From: Octopus bimaculoides
Lineage: Eukaryota
Assembly (NCBI RefSeq): GCF_001194135.2
Contig: NC_068983.1
Location: forward strand, 134,246,462-134,310,461
Length of the DNA: 64,000 nt
Direction of reading: 5' to 3'
Part shown: one piece after another, positions 1 through 13,339 of the stretch
Numbering within the stretch: the stretch's first letter is position 1
How the letters are laid out: each line of letters starts with the position of its first letter
Notes under the pieces: generated by a model
What the model saw: the letters and a program-made list of their open reading frames with translations, nothing else
Told to the model about the DNA's origin: nothing
The model's database searches: none
Translations under genes and position numbers: made by a program

Positions 1-150
1 TTTCGTTTCTTGTATTTGAAAAGGGGAACTATTTTCCCGAAATATTATAGGATCATTCGACAATCTACGGAAGGCACTACAATAGCTTTCTGTTTTTCAT
101 TCATTGATATCATCTTACATATTCTGCGTAACTCCTCATCTACGTTGCTC

Positions 151-190
<40 letters not shown>

Positions 191-1187
191 AATTAAAAGT
201 TTTGAATGGTACAACAGTGCACTATAATACAAAAAATGGACTATATACCTGTTGTAATTTANNNNNNNNNNNNNNNNNNNNNNNNNNNNNNNNNNNNNNN
301 NNNNNNNNNNNNNNNNNNNNNNNNNNNNNNNNNNNNNNNNNNNNNNNNNNNNNNNNNNNNNNNNNNNNNNNNNNNNNNNNNNNNNNNNNNNNNNNNNNNN
401 NNNNNNNNNNNNNNNNNNNNNNNNNNNNNNNNNNNNNNNNNNNNNNNNNNNNNNNNNNNNNNNNNNNNNNNNNNNNNNNNNNNNNNNNNNNNNNNNNNNN
501 NNNNNNNNNNNNNNNNNNNNNNNNNNNNNNNNNNNNNNNNNNNNNNNNNNNNNNNNNNNNNNNNNNNNNNNNNNNNNNNNNNNNNNNNNNNNNNNNNNNN
601 NNNNNNNNNNNNNNNNNNNNNNNNNNNNNNNNNNNNNNNNNNNNNNNNNNNNNNNNNNNNNNNNNNNNNNNNNNNNNNNNNNNNNNNNNNNNNNNNNNNN
701 NNNNNNNNNNNNNNNNNNNNNNNNNNNNNNNNNNNNNNNNNNNNNNNNNNNNNNNNNNNNNNNNNNNNNNNNNNNNNNNNNNNNNNNNNNNNNNNNNNNN
801 NNNNNNNNNNNNNNNNNNNNNNNNNNNNNNNNNNNNNNNNNNNNNNNNNNNNNNNNNNNNNNNNNNNNNNNNNNNNNNNNNNNNNNNNNNNNNNNNNNNN
901 NNNNNNNNNNNNNNNNNNNNNNNNNNNNNNNNNNNNNNNNNNNNNNNNNNNNNNNNNNNNNNNNNNNNNNNNNNNNNNNNNNNNNNNNNNNNNNNNNNNN
1001 NNNNNNNNNNNNNNNNNNNNNNNNNNNNNNNNNNNNNNNNNNNNNNNNNNNNNNNNNNNNNNNNNNNNNNNNNNNNNNNNNNNNNNNNNNNNNNNNNNNN
1101 NNNNNNNNNNNNNNNNNNNNNNNNNNNNNNNNNNNNNNNNNNNNNNNNNNNNNNNNNNNNNNNNNNNNNNNNNNNNNNNNNNNNNNN

Positions 1188-1220
<33 letters not shown>

Positions 1221-1399
1221 ATATATATCTTTACGTACATATACACTCACCTATTACAGTGCGTGCACACTCATGCACAAGCATACACATATACACATGT
1301 ACAGGTGTATATGTGTGTCTAATCGAAACAACATGATGCCTAATGAAGCGTTACTGTCATTATTTATTTTGTCCTACTTTATGTAATTGAATAACAAGT

Positions 1400-3290
1400 A
1401 GACAGAGGCGACAAAGTGTAGACATTTTGTCTCCTTGTTGACGGTATAGCAAAGGGTCCTTGGCCAAGATACATAATATTCGAATTTCACTGGACGTCTT
1501 GTCTATATGCTCCATAAGGAATTAACGCTGTGAAACTGACGAATGTCCTATTAGCTTGAATGGCTTGACGCAAATACTAACCAAATACTCGTATGTAGTG
1601 TCCACTTTTATCTCTAAATAGAAAACGAAATAAAAATACCAATAAGAACGCGCTTTTCAAATTTAAGATATTATTTTCTACATTTTATATAATAACTAAC
1701 CTACTCGCATTATTCTAATGATATCTATCTGACAATTGTGACCTATATACTCTACTTGCATTTCCTTCAAATAGTATAAACTACTTAGTAAACAGACTAA
1801 ATATTATAGATTGTGTTTAACCAGTCAACAAGAATAATGTTACGCAAATATAGTCCACAACAACAAACTGCTAATGTGATCTATAAAGGCAGTTAGCATA
1901 TATTGTGAATATAGATATATTTAGGTCGCCCAAGAGCAGCCTGCTCAAGCTGTCCTTTATTACGCAGCTAGTTGACTGAACGGCAAAGCTGGACCCTCGG
2001 AACTATATTCCCAAGTCTTTGCTAAGTTGAGAATGTGACAGTCTGGGTTTGTTACACTCCTTCCGCCGTTTCGTTTATTCATCTTCTCCTGTAGATCCAG
2101 GTAGTGAGAAAATGGATTCTGACAGAGCGAGGCAATTGTCCTTCTGGATTTATTTCGAATGTATACATCGCAACACACTGTTTTCTACTAGTGTGACTAT
2201 TGATGTAGCAGCTATTTACCCTTTCATGCATCATTTATACTTGACTGTGCTGCGTGGGAGAGATAGTAATTTTAGATTGAATCTGCAGTAGTATTCTGGG
2301 ATGTTGTATATGTTTGAGTGTTTGGAAGTGGGTTTTCACGTTGTGGCAGGAATTGTGAAGAGAAAGGTTAAAGTTTGCTGTGGCAACAGACTGTGCCCTC
2401 GCATCACCAGGTTGTGTTTCAATATTGGAATTTTTCTTTCGTTGTATTGGGGACGGGTGCTTATGGATTTAGTAACTGTACAGTCTGTTAGAATACGCTG
2501 TATAGCGTCTTGAAAACTCATAGTTTATCTTAGCTTGATATAGAGAAATTCGGAGCCCGAATGGGAGTGATGTAGTCTATGATAGGTCTAATGAATTGTT
2601 TTTATACTCCATTGTTGTTTGCTTCTGTTGGTCAAATGTAATACCTGAGTTTGGTCTAAGTAAATTTGTGCATTGTCTTATTTTTTTTCTTTGCTGTGAA
2701 TTATGTTTTTTGCGAATATTATCGAGGTGTTATGCACAACTCCCAGTGAATTCGTATTCTATGTGTTTGTGATATGTTTATGTTGTAGAGTGCGATAGTT
2801 GATTGTATTCGATGTTCGATGTTCGATGTTCTTGGTAAGAAGAGATACGGAGGATTTGATACGCTTAAATCTTTTGATGTGGACACCTAGGTAATTTATA
2901 ACGACTTGGAGTAGTTGTGCAGCAATTTCTGGAAAAGGGTGGGAGGCATCTATATTTTGCAGATGAATGAGAAAATCGTGTGAATATGGACTGATAAGAG
3001 AGGTTGAGAGGATGGACTCTGCAGCTCTTCACTCGGAAAATTACTAATTATGAAGCCTTAGTGTTCTTGTTATTGACAGTAGAAATTACTCTATACAGTG
3101 TTTCATTGATAATTTATGTTTTATCTTGATACAAATATTTCTGTTTCTCTCTGGATTATTTTTTCTGCTATTTCTTTGCTTGATGGTGAGTTTCATTTTT
3201 ATGGGTGCTGGTGTAGGGTATTTGAAGATTTTGTTTATGTGGTTGAGTATTTCTGGTGTGTAATTAGGGATACGTTCCCTTTACGTTAAC
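1400..3290 (-). other. Decayed, coding-looking repeat-derived segment of unknown class
   Basis: Higher complexity than its surroundings; weak minus-strand motifs (LLLGDLN resembling an AP-endonuclease GDFN; PPFSRN and LYQAKI resembling PLE motifs) in broken frames; 2961-3070 has an inverted homologue at 4382-4491, which supports a repeat origin. Confidence 0.3.
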
Positions 3291-4170
3291 TTGAAGAATG
3301 TGTTTATAAGCATGTGTATGTGTGTGCGCTCGTGCGCTCGTGTGTGTGTGTGCTGGTGATAATTATAGTGTTGCTATGCAAGTATATATATGTGTGTGTG
3401 CGTGTGTGTAAGTGTGTGTATGTGTCTGCGTGTAGGTGGGAGGTGTGTGTGCGTGCATGTGTATTTAGCTTAAGCGCGAAAAACTCACGTCTATGTCGTT
3501 GACATAAAGTTATTGATTTTAAGAAGAGGAGAAGGGGGTCAAAGAAGAGAAAGGGGGAGAAAGGGGGGAGAAGAGAAAGAAGGAGGGAGAGAAAGATCGG
3601 TTATGCATGTGTGAATCTGTGTGGAATCATGTGTCTAAAAATGCGTGGGATGTGAAAGAGAGAGAAGAGAGGAAAAGAGGTGTACTTATACATTCTATAA
3701 TACTGTTATATAAGAAAAATTCAATACCCATCTCGTTTAAATTGAGCTCACACCTTTTACAATTAGCGCACAAAAGATTCATTGCCTTTACGTGAGCAAA
3801 CAGCGTTCGACGAAAGGAAATTGTACGACATTGTGACTACTAAAAATTAGAAGGAATATTGTAATAAGTAGCATGTAGATGCTGTTGTTTAGTTCCAGGT
3901 CAACTTGACTCTGGCTTTATTTTCAATATGTCTTTCTGTTAATACTGTAGAGGGTGTTTTGGGGGATTTGTTCGCTACCTCAAGCAAGGCCAACGACCAC
4001 GTAGAGACTCTCTCATTGGTTCGTGTAACGTATACTTGTTATCATTGATTCAAATGCAGCAGAGTTTGATACTACGAGAATATTTTCAGACATTTTAATC
4101 GGTTGGTTAAGCAACAATTTCTGCAACTTTTATAAATATCTCCAGCAGCAATAAAACCAATTTACGAACC

Positions 4171-4380
4171 GGCGAGCTGGTAGAAACGTTAGCACGCCGA
4201 GCGAGATCCTTAGCGGTATTTCGTCTGTCTTGATGTTCTGGGTTCAAATCCCGCCGAGGTCGCCTTTGCCTTTTATCTTTTCGAGGTCGATAAATTAAGT
4301 ACCAGTTGCGTACTGGTTCGATCTAATCGAGTGGCGCCCTTCCCAAAATTTCGGGCTTTGTGCCAAGAGAAGAAAAAAAA
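4171..4380 (+). mobile_element. tRNA-derived SINE, family 1
   Basis: Head gagctggtagaaacgttagcacgcc, B-box-like gggttcaaatccc, core tcgataaattaagtaccagtt, A-rich tail. Confidence 0.85.
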
Positions 4381-4518
4381 TACAAGAACACTTAGCCTCA
4401 TAATTTGTAACTTCCCGAGTGGAGAGCTACAGAGATTCATCTTTTCAACCTCTCTTATCAGTCCATATTTAAACAACTTTCTCATTCATCTCTCTCTCTC
4501 TCTCTTTCTCTCTGCATG

Positions 4519-4573
<55 letters not shown>

Positions 4574-5666
4574 CAACCAGACCATCAGATATACACTGTT
4601 GGTAACCATGCGCTTCCAATTCTGTTTTGATTGCGTCCTTTTTTTCCATCTTGACCCAAATCGCTAAAGTAAATCGTCTTCCTATTGCCGTGGAGGACTT
4701 TGAAATGGTCTTTTCAACTTTCTCGGATACCACTCAGAAACTGCGCTGGTCCAGTGGAACTGGCGCTGTCGGTATTCTGCGATCACATCGTTCCTCGGCT
4801 ACGTTCTCGAATAAATGAGAACATATATACATTTATATAATATAATATAATATAATATAATATAATATATATATATAATATGACGAACGAAGTTGATAAT
4901 TTACTCCAATTTTGCCGCTTGTATGCGTTCATTGAGATACTGCGTTAAGTCTCTGTCGTCGTTCCGTCCTATATGTAATTTGTTGCAGTTAGAGAAAGTA
5001 AGCACACTACTGTAAATCAAGGAATAATCCACGTTGCTACAGCTAATTACAAAAGTAAGCATCACTCACGTTACCCATTTAAAAGTACATGGAGACGATT
5101 CTAGTGTGAAATGTCTTGGTTACGAACACAAAAGAACACCCGATAGTATACTACTAGATGGACTTATGGCAGGTTGTTTAATAAACCTATCCTTTCAGAC
5201 ATTCATACACTCTGATATATGTATGTAATCTGTCTAAATAATCGATTTTCTATATCGTGAATATTCACATATTCTGACTCTATTGAGCAACTCTATGTAT
5301 ATACCTAATTGATCAATACATGTTGCGTCAATGTAGTTGACAATTGCAGAATCTGGGTCGAATAACATGTTTGGGTCATTGTGCATGAAGAGAGAAGCAT
5401 ATGGCCCAGATCGCCTCTTTTTTTATGAAGAATTATTCAAATATTCATTGATAAACTTTGAAGCCAGCAAAAGAATCTAACGAAACATGCGCCAGTTTTA
5501 CAATAGCCTTACCATTTTGTCTTACCTATTGACGACCAGGCAAACCTTTCTGTTGAAAAAATGTCATAACCATGTACACATATGAGTGCCGTTAGTTTCA
5601 TATAAATCACCTACCTTTCTACTAATAATCTAGCACCCTTTCTTCTCAGCCAACTGTCTCTCGACT

Positions 5667-5755
<89 letters not shown>

Positions 5756-7391
5756 ACACATTTGCGCGCATACGCACACAGTGTGTTTATAGCATGTTCA
5801 TTTCAGCTGAGCATGTGCAACTTCAGTATACATAAACTTAAGTGTTATAATTTAAGTGATAATCATTAAAATGCACGGAACAAAGGGGGTTAAATAACTG
5901 AATGAGACAAAAAGATCAAAACACGAAAGGAATTATATCGCTAATGGAAGGAGACGAAATGCTTAATATGAACGCCGGGTTTGAACAGAAATATATAACA
6001 AATCACCAGGTTTATATGAAAAAAAAAAAGAAGCGGAAGGGGGAAGGATGGAAAACAACGGAATTCACTGAAACGTATAAAAATAGCATAGAGATGTGAT
6101 AACCGCAATAGAAGGAGAATAAGGAGACGTATGATAAAAGAAAAAAAAAAAGATAAATGAATAATAGGGAAAAAATAAAATAAAATAAAGTTTGTCGGGT
6201 TCGGGTCCACAAGCAATGTCGTCAACCGGAAATTGTTCACATTTGGCTAATTAAATAAATACCACAAGTGGTGGTCCGGCGTGATTCTGGACAGATACTA
6301 AAGCCAAGTCAGTCGGTTGGCGGTTGTCGTTTTTTCTGTTGACTCGGCAATCACATTACAGGCAACTGAAAGCCCAAGGACAAACAATATGGAAGCAATG
6401 ACTGCAGCTGATTACACAAGAACTTCTGTGGCGCAGCATTATCATAGATTTCACTACTTACCCTTACCACTTTATCACTAACACCACCACTGTTCTACTA
6501 GGACTAATACTATCACCAATATTAGAACTACTATCATTGTCACCATTATTATCACCATTGTTTTTCTTCCGCAATTTGAACTTCTCCAGCGACGTGACAA
6601 ATACCAGTTAGAAGGGCATGAGCATCACAACTTCTCATTTTCTCCGCCTTTATACACCAGTGGCATCCACCCTCCAACATAAATCTGTATCACCACCACC
6701 TCCATTATCATCACGATCATTAACCTCATGACTCCATTTTCGGTCGCCATTACACTAGCCATTCACTTCTTTATTCGCAAGTACAAAGTTTCTTTCCCTT
6801 CTTAAATTCTCCCCTTATATTAATTCATTTAATAAGATCAACCATTTCTCTTCGAACCTTTCCACAATTCTTTCTCATTAAACCTGACGTTTGTTAGTTT
6901 TGGGGTTATATTTTCGTGTTACTTCTATCACCCCGGCCACTTTCCTTTTCTCATTTCTCCTCACCTATGTCTAACTTTCTATTTCACCCACTCCCTTTTT
7001 CACCTTCATTCTCTGTCCAAAATCTCTTTGCTTTTCACCGGAAGTTGATTAAACAGCCGACACCCTGACTATGTATGTATGCATGCATGCATGTATGTAT
7101 GTATGTATGTATGCATGTATGTATGTATGTATGTATGCATGTATGTATGTATGTATGTATGCAGGCAGGTAGGTAGGTAGGTAGGTAGGTAGGTTTATGT
7201 ATGTATATACAATACATATGTACAGAGAGGTTGGAGTGGGCGTGAATGTGTACAGCTAACCGAGTAAACACTACAATGTCTATAATTACTTGGTTCATTC
7301 AAGACAGTCTACAGCCACAAACTTAGATATAACGTGCTATGTGTACAATACGACCAACGAAAATTGTCACTACTACTACTACTACTACTAC

Positions 7392-7510
7392 TTGAGTCGT
7401 ACTTAATTTATTAAACCGGGAACGATGAAAGCCGAATCTGACCACGGTGTGATTTGAATCCCGAACGCACGCAGAGATGTGACTAAACACTGCAAGGTAT
7501 CTGTCTGAAA
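7392..7510 (-). mobile_element. Diverged SINE family 1 head/core fragment
   Basis: gtacttaatttatt...gatgaaagc...gatttgaatcccgaacg resembles the reverse complement of the family 1 core and B-box. Confidence 0.55.
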
Positions 7511-7780
7511 TTCTGAGATGTCAACCATCCATCATACATGACGACAACGTTAATAACCTTTTCTTTTTTTTTTCTTTCTACATTGTAAACGTAGAGTTAT
7601 ATATATATTTCTATACAATTATAGAATTATATTTAATCTATAAATGTAATAATTGACATGAAAAGGATTTATTCGACGCAAAACGAAAAAAGGCTGGGTC
7701 AAACTGAAACTCTTCTTAATTGTATTAGAGTCGTTAGTCATCTTTCTTGGACAACTATTGATGATGATCGGTTCGACAAA

Positions 7781-7905
7781 TGGGGTTCGATAAACTATAT
7801 AGCATAATGAAAGAAGTAATGGGATCGATGTAATCGACTAAACCTTCGAGGACAGAGTCCCAGCATAGCTACAGTTAAAGAGTGAAACCAGTAAAAAAAT
7901 AAATG
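7781..7905 (+). mobile_element. SINE core plus tail type 4 fragment
   Basis: gatcgatgtaatcgactaaaccttc...cccagcatagctacagt...gtgaaaccagtaaaa; the tail is related to 21470-21550 and 34252-34320. Confidence 0.6.
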
Positions 7906-8426
7906 AAGGATTGCATACATATATGTGCACGTATACGTTGACACTTTGATATCGCGGGACGCGTGGTTCTATTGTCCAATCAACTAAACTACTAACTCGG
8001 TGCACCATGAAGCATTCTTAGTGTAAATCTTCAGAGAGAATCAGCTGTCAAATCACAAGTTGAGAGTCATGTGACGAGCTTCCCCTAGTTTCTATCTACC
8101 AAACATTACTTCCCTAGCTTCAGCTTCGACCAGCAAAAAATACACACAAAAACTGTTATTTTTACTTTTTGTTTATTTCTTAAAGGTAAACGTTATATCT
8201 AAGTTTGTAGAAAATTTTCACCGCTCATCAGGAATCTGATAACTGATGCAACTCTACACGAGTTCTAGTGGAATTGTAGCAATGAGCAAGTCGAAGTGTT
8301 ACGAGATCTCTCGCTAATTCATGACTGACTTGACTTCTAATAAGTAAACAAGGAATTAAAATAATAGTTTTTCCTTGATGTAATTGTTAGTTTTGGCATA
8401 TTGTCAGATATCAAGACACTTGCAAA

Positions 8427-8504
8427 GTATGTACTTTCGACAGCATGTACCTTCGACAGTATGTACCTTCGACAGTATGTACCTTCGACAGTATGTACCT
8501 TCGA
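8427..8504. repeat. Minisatellite, 16-bp unit CTTCGACAGTATGTAC, about 5 copies
   Basis: Direct reading; head-to-tail with no spacers. Confidence 0.9.
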
Positions 8505-8956
8505 TACACACACGCACACATACATACACACACACACACATACACACATATGATCAAGCAAACACCAAAGACACTGATGTTAGTCTGCATCGGCAAGACA
8601 TATTTTATGTTGCAGAGTCAATAAATAGAATGTTTGTTTCTATATCGAGTTATAATAAAAATAATTTTACAATAAGTTGAAGGATTACTCGTTTCTTTTT
8701 GTAGATTAAATATTTATTATTCTTTATGAAGAATAGCGATGACAGTGATTTCCAAGTTTCGACCTGCTTAGCCTCACTACTCAGATGTGTGTGCGTGTGT
8801 TTGTGTGTGTATTTGTGTATATATATATATGTATATATATATATTGTTGTACTTGGGGATGGTCATATTGCCAGTTTAGCCAATAAAAACACACGCACTG
8901 TATATTTGGTGTTAATTTGCTTCAGCTTTATATTACATTAATCTTAATCTTATTTC

Positions 8957-9001
8957 GGCCAGAGTTCTTTCGTCACACTTCTGTGAACTCATCAGTGGTC
9001 C
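8957..9001 (-). ncRNA. Candidate minimal type I hammerhead ribozyme
   Basis: Minus strand reads GGACCA-CUGAUGA-GUUCAC(AGAA)GUGUGAC-GAAA-GAAC-UC-UGGCC: intact core, G-C first pair of stem II (6 bp with one bulge), stem I CCA/UGG plus GG/CC, CUC triplet. Stem III has only 2 bp and a 2-nt loop. Confidence 0.5.
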
Positions 9002-9239
9002 TTTGTTTCCTTCCTTCTTATGTGTGTCTCACCTTGCTAACTATCAGCCATTTTGTATTTTGTATTCCTATTGTATGTGTCTACGCATGCGTGTCCTTCA
9101 ATGTGTCTGTGTCTTTTGTAAGTGCATGTGTGTATGGGGAGTGTCTATATCACCTATATTCTCTGTTAATACGTGTTCGTTTGTATTTGTTTTTATTTAT
9201 TTATTTGTTCATTTGTTCATTTATTTATTTTCAAAACAA

Positions 9240-9291
<52 letters not shown>

Positions 9292-9330
9292 GTGTGTATG
9301 TACGTATGTATGTATGCATTTATGTATGTA

Positions 9331-9661
9331 TTATGTCATTATTCAGTTTTATTTTAAGGTTTCTTGCCAATAAAGCGTCGGTTTCTAACCTAGATTCAAG
9401 GCTCCTTTATTCGAATTTCAACACCAACTACAGGGTGTTTTTTTATGTATGTATGTATGTATGTATGTATGTATGTATGTATGTATGTGTGGAGNNNNNN
9501 NNNNGTATGTATGTATGTATGTATGTATGTATGTGTGGAGATGTGTATGTTTTGTTTTATGTATGTCTTCTCATGCATATAGTTGCATATCTAGACATGC
9601 TCATATTTACTTAAATGATAAACTTCTCGGAAGTTTTACAGATTTGTACAGTTCCAGTGAT
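9331..9661 (+). repeat. Unclassified interspersed repeat with an internal (TATG)n tract, copy 1
   Basis: ggtttctaacctagattcaaggctcc...ttcaacaccaactacagg-(TATG)n-gcatatctagacatgc...aaatgataaacttct...acagttccagt is collinear with 22216-22540. Confidence 0.8.
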
Positions 9662-9894
9662 AACTTGCATCTGTCGTTTTCGAATCATCTTTCTCCTATC
9701 TGCTTTTGAGAAGATTGATTTCTCAAGATTGGTATTCAGGCAGTGTGTTACATATCCCAGTACTCCAAATAATTACAGGCATAAACCTGAACTTGTAATT
9801 AGGAAAGAGTAACTGCAGATTTCTCAATAGTTCAGGGTAGATATTCTCTTTTTCACTGTATGTATGTATGTATGTATGTATGTATGTATGTATG

Positions 9895-9933
<39 letters not shown>

Positions 9934-10103
9934 GTCTGATTCTCTGGCTACCTCTGTGTGCTTTTATAGATGTGTTTACGCATACATGTATGTATGTACG
10001 GTTGCTCATTATTGTTGTTAAATTTTTCCTAACAACTGTTGCATTCAAGCATGGATAATGGGATGTTTGTATAGTAGTCTACAAGCATTATTATCATGAA
10101 TCG

Positions 10104-10330
10104 AAGGCGGCGACCTGGCAGAAACGTTAGCACGCCAGGCGAAGTGCTTAGCGGTATTTCATCTGTCTTTACGTTCTGAGTTCAAATTCCGCCGAGGCCG
10201 ACTTTGCCTCTCATCCTTCCGGGAGTCGATAAATTAAGTGCCAGTTTCGTACTGGGGATGATCAAATCGACTGGCTCCCCCTCCCCAAACATTTGGGCCT
10301 TATGCCTAGAGTAGAAAGGATTATTATTAT
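10104..10330 (+). mobile_element. SINE family 1 with a 19-bp TSD
   Basis: Full head, core and tail; attattatcatgaatcgaa (10087-10105) vs attattattatgaatcgaa (10320-10338), one mismatch. Confidence 0.9.
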
Positions 10331-11360
10331 GAATCGAAAAAGCTGTGAGAGATGCATCTCAACTTTTGTCTTCTATACATTTTCTCTCTTTTATCTTTTC
10401 TATCTTCCAGATAAAGGGTGTGTCCAGAACGTTAAGGCATTTCTATTTCTCCGAGCGTCGTGCGAAAAACTATAATTTTTTAAAAATTTTATTGTCTTTT
10501 ATCNNNNNNNNNNNNNNNNNNNNNNNNNNNNNNNNNNNNNNNNNNNNNNNNNNNNNNNNNNNNNNNNNNNNNNNNNNNNNNNNNNNNNNNNNNNNNNNNN
10601 NNNNNNNNNNNNNNNNNNNNNNNNNNNNNNNNNNNNNNNNNNNNNNNNNNNNNNNNNNNNNNNNNNNNNNNNNNNNNNNNNNNNNNNNNNNNNNNNNNNN
10701 NNNNNNNNNNNNNNNNNNNNNNNNNNNNNNNNNNNNNNNNNNNNNNNNNNNNNNNNNNNNNNNNNNNNNNNNNNNNNNNNNNNNNNNNNNNNNNNNNNNN
10801 NNNNNNNNNNNNNNNNNNNNNNNNNNNNNNNNNNNNNNNNNNNNNNNNNNNNNNNNNNNNNNNNNNNNNNNNNNNNNNNNNNNNNNNNNNNNNNNNNNNN
10901 NNNNNNNNNNNNNNNNNNNNNNNNNNNNNNNNNNNNNNNNNNNNNNNNNNNNNNNNNNNNNNNNNNNNNNNNNNNNNNNNNNNNNNNNNNNNNNNNNNNN
11001 NNNNNNNNNNNNNNNNNNNNNNNNNNNNNNNNNNNNNNNNNNNNNNNNNNNNNNNNNNNNNNNNNNNNNNNNNNNNNNNNNNNNNNNNNNNNNNNNNNNN
11101 NNNNNNNNNNNNNNNNNNNNNNNNNNNNNNNNNNNNNNNNNNNNNNNNNNNNNNNNNNNNNNNNNNNNNNNNNNNNNNNNNNNNNNNNNNNNNNNNNNNN
11201 NNNNNNNNNNNNNNNNNNNNNNNNNNNNNNNNNNNNNNNNNNNNNNNNNNNNNNNNNNNNNNNNNNNNNNNNNNNNNNNNNNNNNNNNNNNNNNNNNNNN
11301 NNNNNNNNNNNNNNNNNNNNNNNNNNNNNNNNNNNNNNNNNNNNNNNNNNNNNNNNNNNN

Positions 11361-11427
<67 letters not shown>

Positions 11428-11906
11428 AATACACACACACACACACACACACAAAACTGGAGAGCCAGAACCGACTCTCTCTCTAATTATTTTTCCTATG
11501 TGTGAGTGTTTGCGCGCACGTGTCAGAGAGCAGAGATAGAGAGTATGTATGCAAAGAAATGTGGACATGAAAGGCCAGTGCATTGTTCACGATACAATAG
11601 TAAACAAACTCTCCATGCTGGGACTGTCCTTGAAGGTTTAGTCGATCACATTGATCCCAGTACTTATTTCTGTTGCTGTAGTGCTTGTTTTCACTATCGT
11701 ATAATTGTCTGTACATATGTCTTCTGGAAAGATTCACATGACATGATTTGATGGTGTGTTACGTGAGTGTACCGCAGAAGTGTAATGCAGTACAGTGTTT
11801 TGTTGAAGATGTTGATGTCTGGTACTGTGTTGTATAGAGTAGTATTGTTGTTTTGCCTTTTGTCAAAAGCATGTTAAAAGCATAACCCGAACTACATAAA
11901 CCAATG

Positions 11907-11937
<31 letters not shown>

Positions 11938-12417
11938 CAATGCTAAGATATAATCTGAAGGAGCTTTGAATCCTATTTCTAGCATAAACGCTCATTCATT
12001 GGCGTGTGTAGTACAATGTAGCGTTATTTCGTTACATTTTATTCTGCAATATTTTCGAAGAATACATAAACCGCTTTGGTGAAAATAGAACAGCTGACGA
12101 AAACCTTAGTCTTGTTCCACGAAGTTCAAATTTAAATATGGTCGCCAGTTATTTTATATCCCTTCCGGTGTCGTTTAAAAGAGTACTTCACTTTAAATGT
12201 ATTATTGTCAACTCCATAAACTGTAACGCCAACCTACAACATGCTTCCATCCTAAATCCCATGCAATATATAGATATGCGTGTACCTCTCTCTCTCTCTC
12301 ATATATATATATAATTTTTCATAGAAAATCATGTAATCGTTACCAATATAGCAGGAGATTTCACCGCAAAAAGTCTAAATTAGACTCCTTAAGGAGCGTT
12401 CTCCTTGTTTATATATC

Positions 12418-12545
12418 CAAAGTTTTAAATTTAAATTTAAGAGACAGATTTGACGCAAATATCCATTATTATTGTAATTTATTCCTGTCAATAATAATGG
12501 ATATTAGCGTCAAATCTGTCTCTTAAATTTAAATTTAAAACTTTG
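12418..12545. repeat. Near-perfect 57-bp inverted repeat with a 14-bp spacer
   Basis: Arms 12418-12474 and 12489-12545 match at 56/57; spacer taatttattcctgt; TA runs on both sides. Confidence 0.9.
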
Positions 12546-12577
12546 TGTATATATATATATATTGATAATAATGGTAA

Positions 12578-12670
12578 GACAACAAAAGAATGAATGAGAC
12601 TCGATATTATGTAAATAGAGGAATTTATCTGTAAATATATGTGACAATTATTCGGTAACCATGATAAGTT
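12578..12670 (+). repeat. Interspersed repeat also found at ~53929-54018, just upstream of the second PLE remnant
   Basis: aacaaaagaa..gagac.tcgatattatgtaaatagaggaatttatctgtaaa..tatgtgaca.ttattcggta.ccatgataa is shared by both sites. Confidence 0.8.
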
Positions 12671-13296
12671 TATATATATATATNNNNNNNNNNNNNNNNN
12701 NNNNNNNNNNNNNNNNNNNNNNNNNNNNNNNNNNNNNNNNNNNNNNNNNNNNNNNNNNNNNNNNNNNNNNNNNNNNNNNNNNNNNNNNNNNNNNNNNNNN
12801 NNNNNNNNNNNNNNNNNNNNNNNNNNNNNNNNNNNNNNNNNNNNNNNNNNNNNNNNNNNNNNNNNNNNNNNNNCATAGGTTAATAATTTGGGTTAATAAA
12901 TATATATATAGGTTAATAATATGGGTTAATAATTTTCGATAATGTCAGTTTTTCTATGTAATCATAATGGTGAATCTCGTGCAAACACTGCTAAGTTGTT
13001 AAATATGTATTTTCCTATCAAAGAAGATGGATCGTGATTTAAGGGAATTTGGTTGCCATAGCCAGCAGGACGTGTGACCACATACAGGGTGCCTCATTTG
13101 GTATAAACTTGAAGTAGGTTGGTGAAGCTGTTCTGCATACTGTTTTGCAATAATAGACATCTTGTTAGATTGATAAGGCCCGAAATAAAACCATTTAGCG
13201 GTTATATCAGGAGAAATTTTGCAAAACTATATTCCATGAAGTTTTTTTACCTGTGAATCATTACATTCCGTCATTCGTTTCTTTTCTTTTGTTTAT

Positions 13297-13339
<43 letters not shown>

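Noticed and set aside
4571-4815. Minus-strand peptide IKTELEAHGYQQCI resembling a PLE thumb 'L..NGYP' motif
   Set aside because: The similarity is too short and degenerate to call without a profile search.
8207-8232. Minus-strand CUGAUGA-GCGGU-GAAAAUUUUC hammerhead-like core
   Set aside because: Stem II is essentially absent and no stem I pairing is possible; treated as a chance match.
8427-8504. 16-bp repeat array as a possible CRISPR
   Set aside because: Head-to-tail with no unique spacers, eukaryotic context, and no cas genes.
10401-10437. Decayed PLE-type motif ccagataaagggtgtgtccagaacgttaagg
   Set aside because: It resembles a CUGAUGA-AGGG..CCC-GAAACGU ribozyme, but both core halves are mutated; at most a dead remnant.
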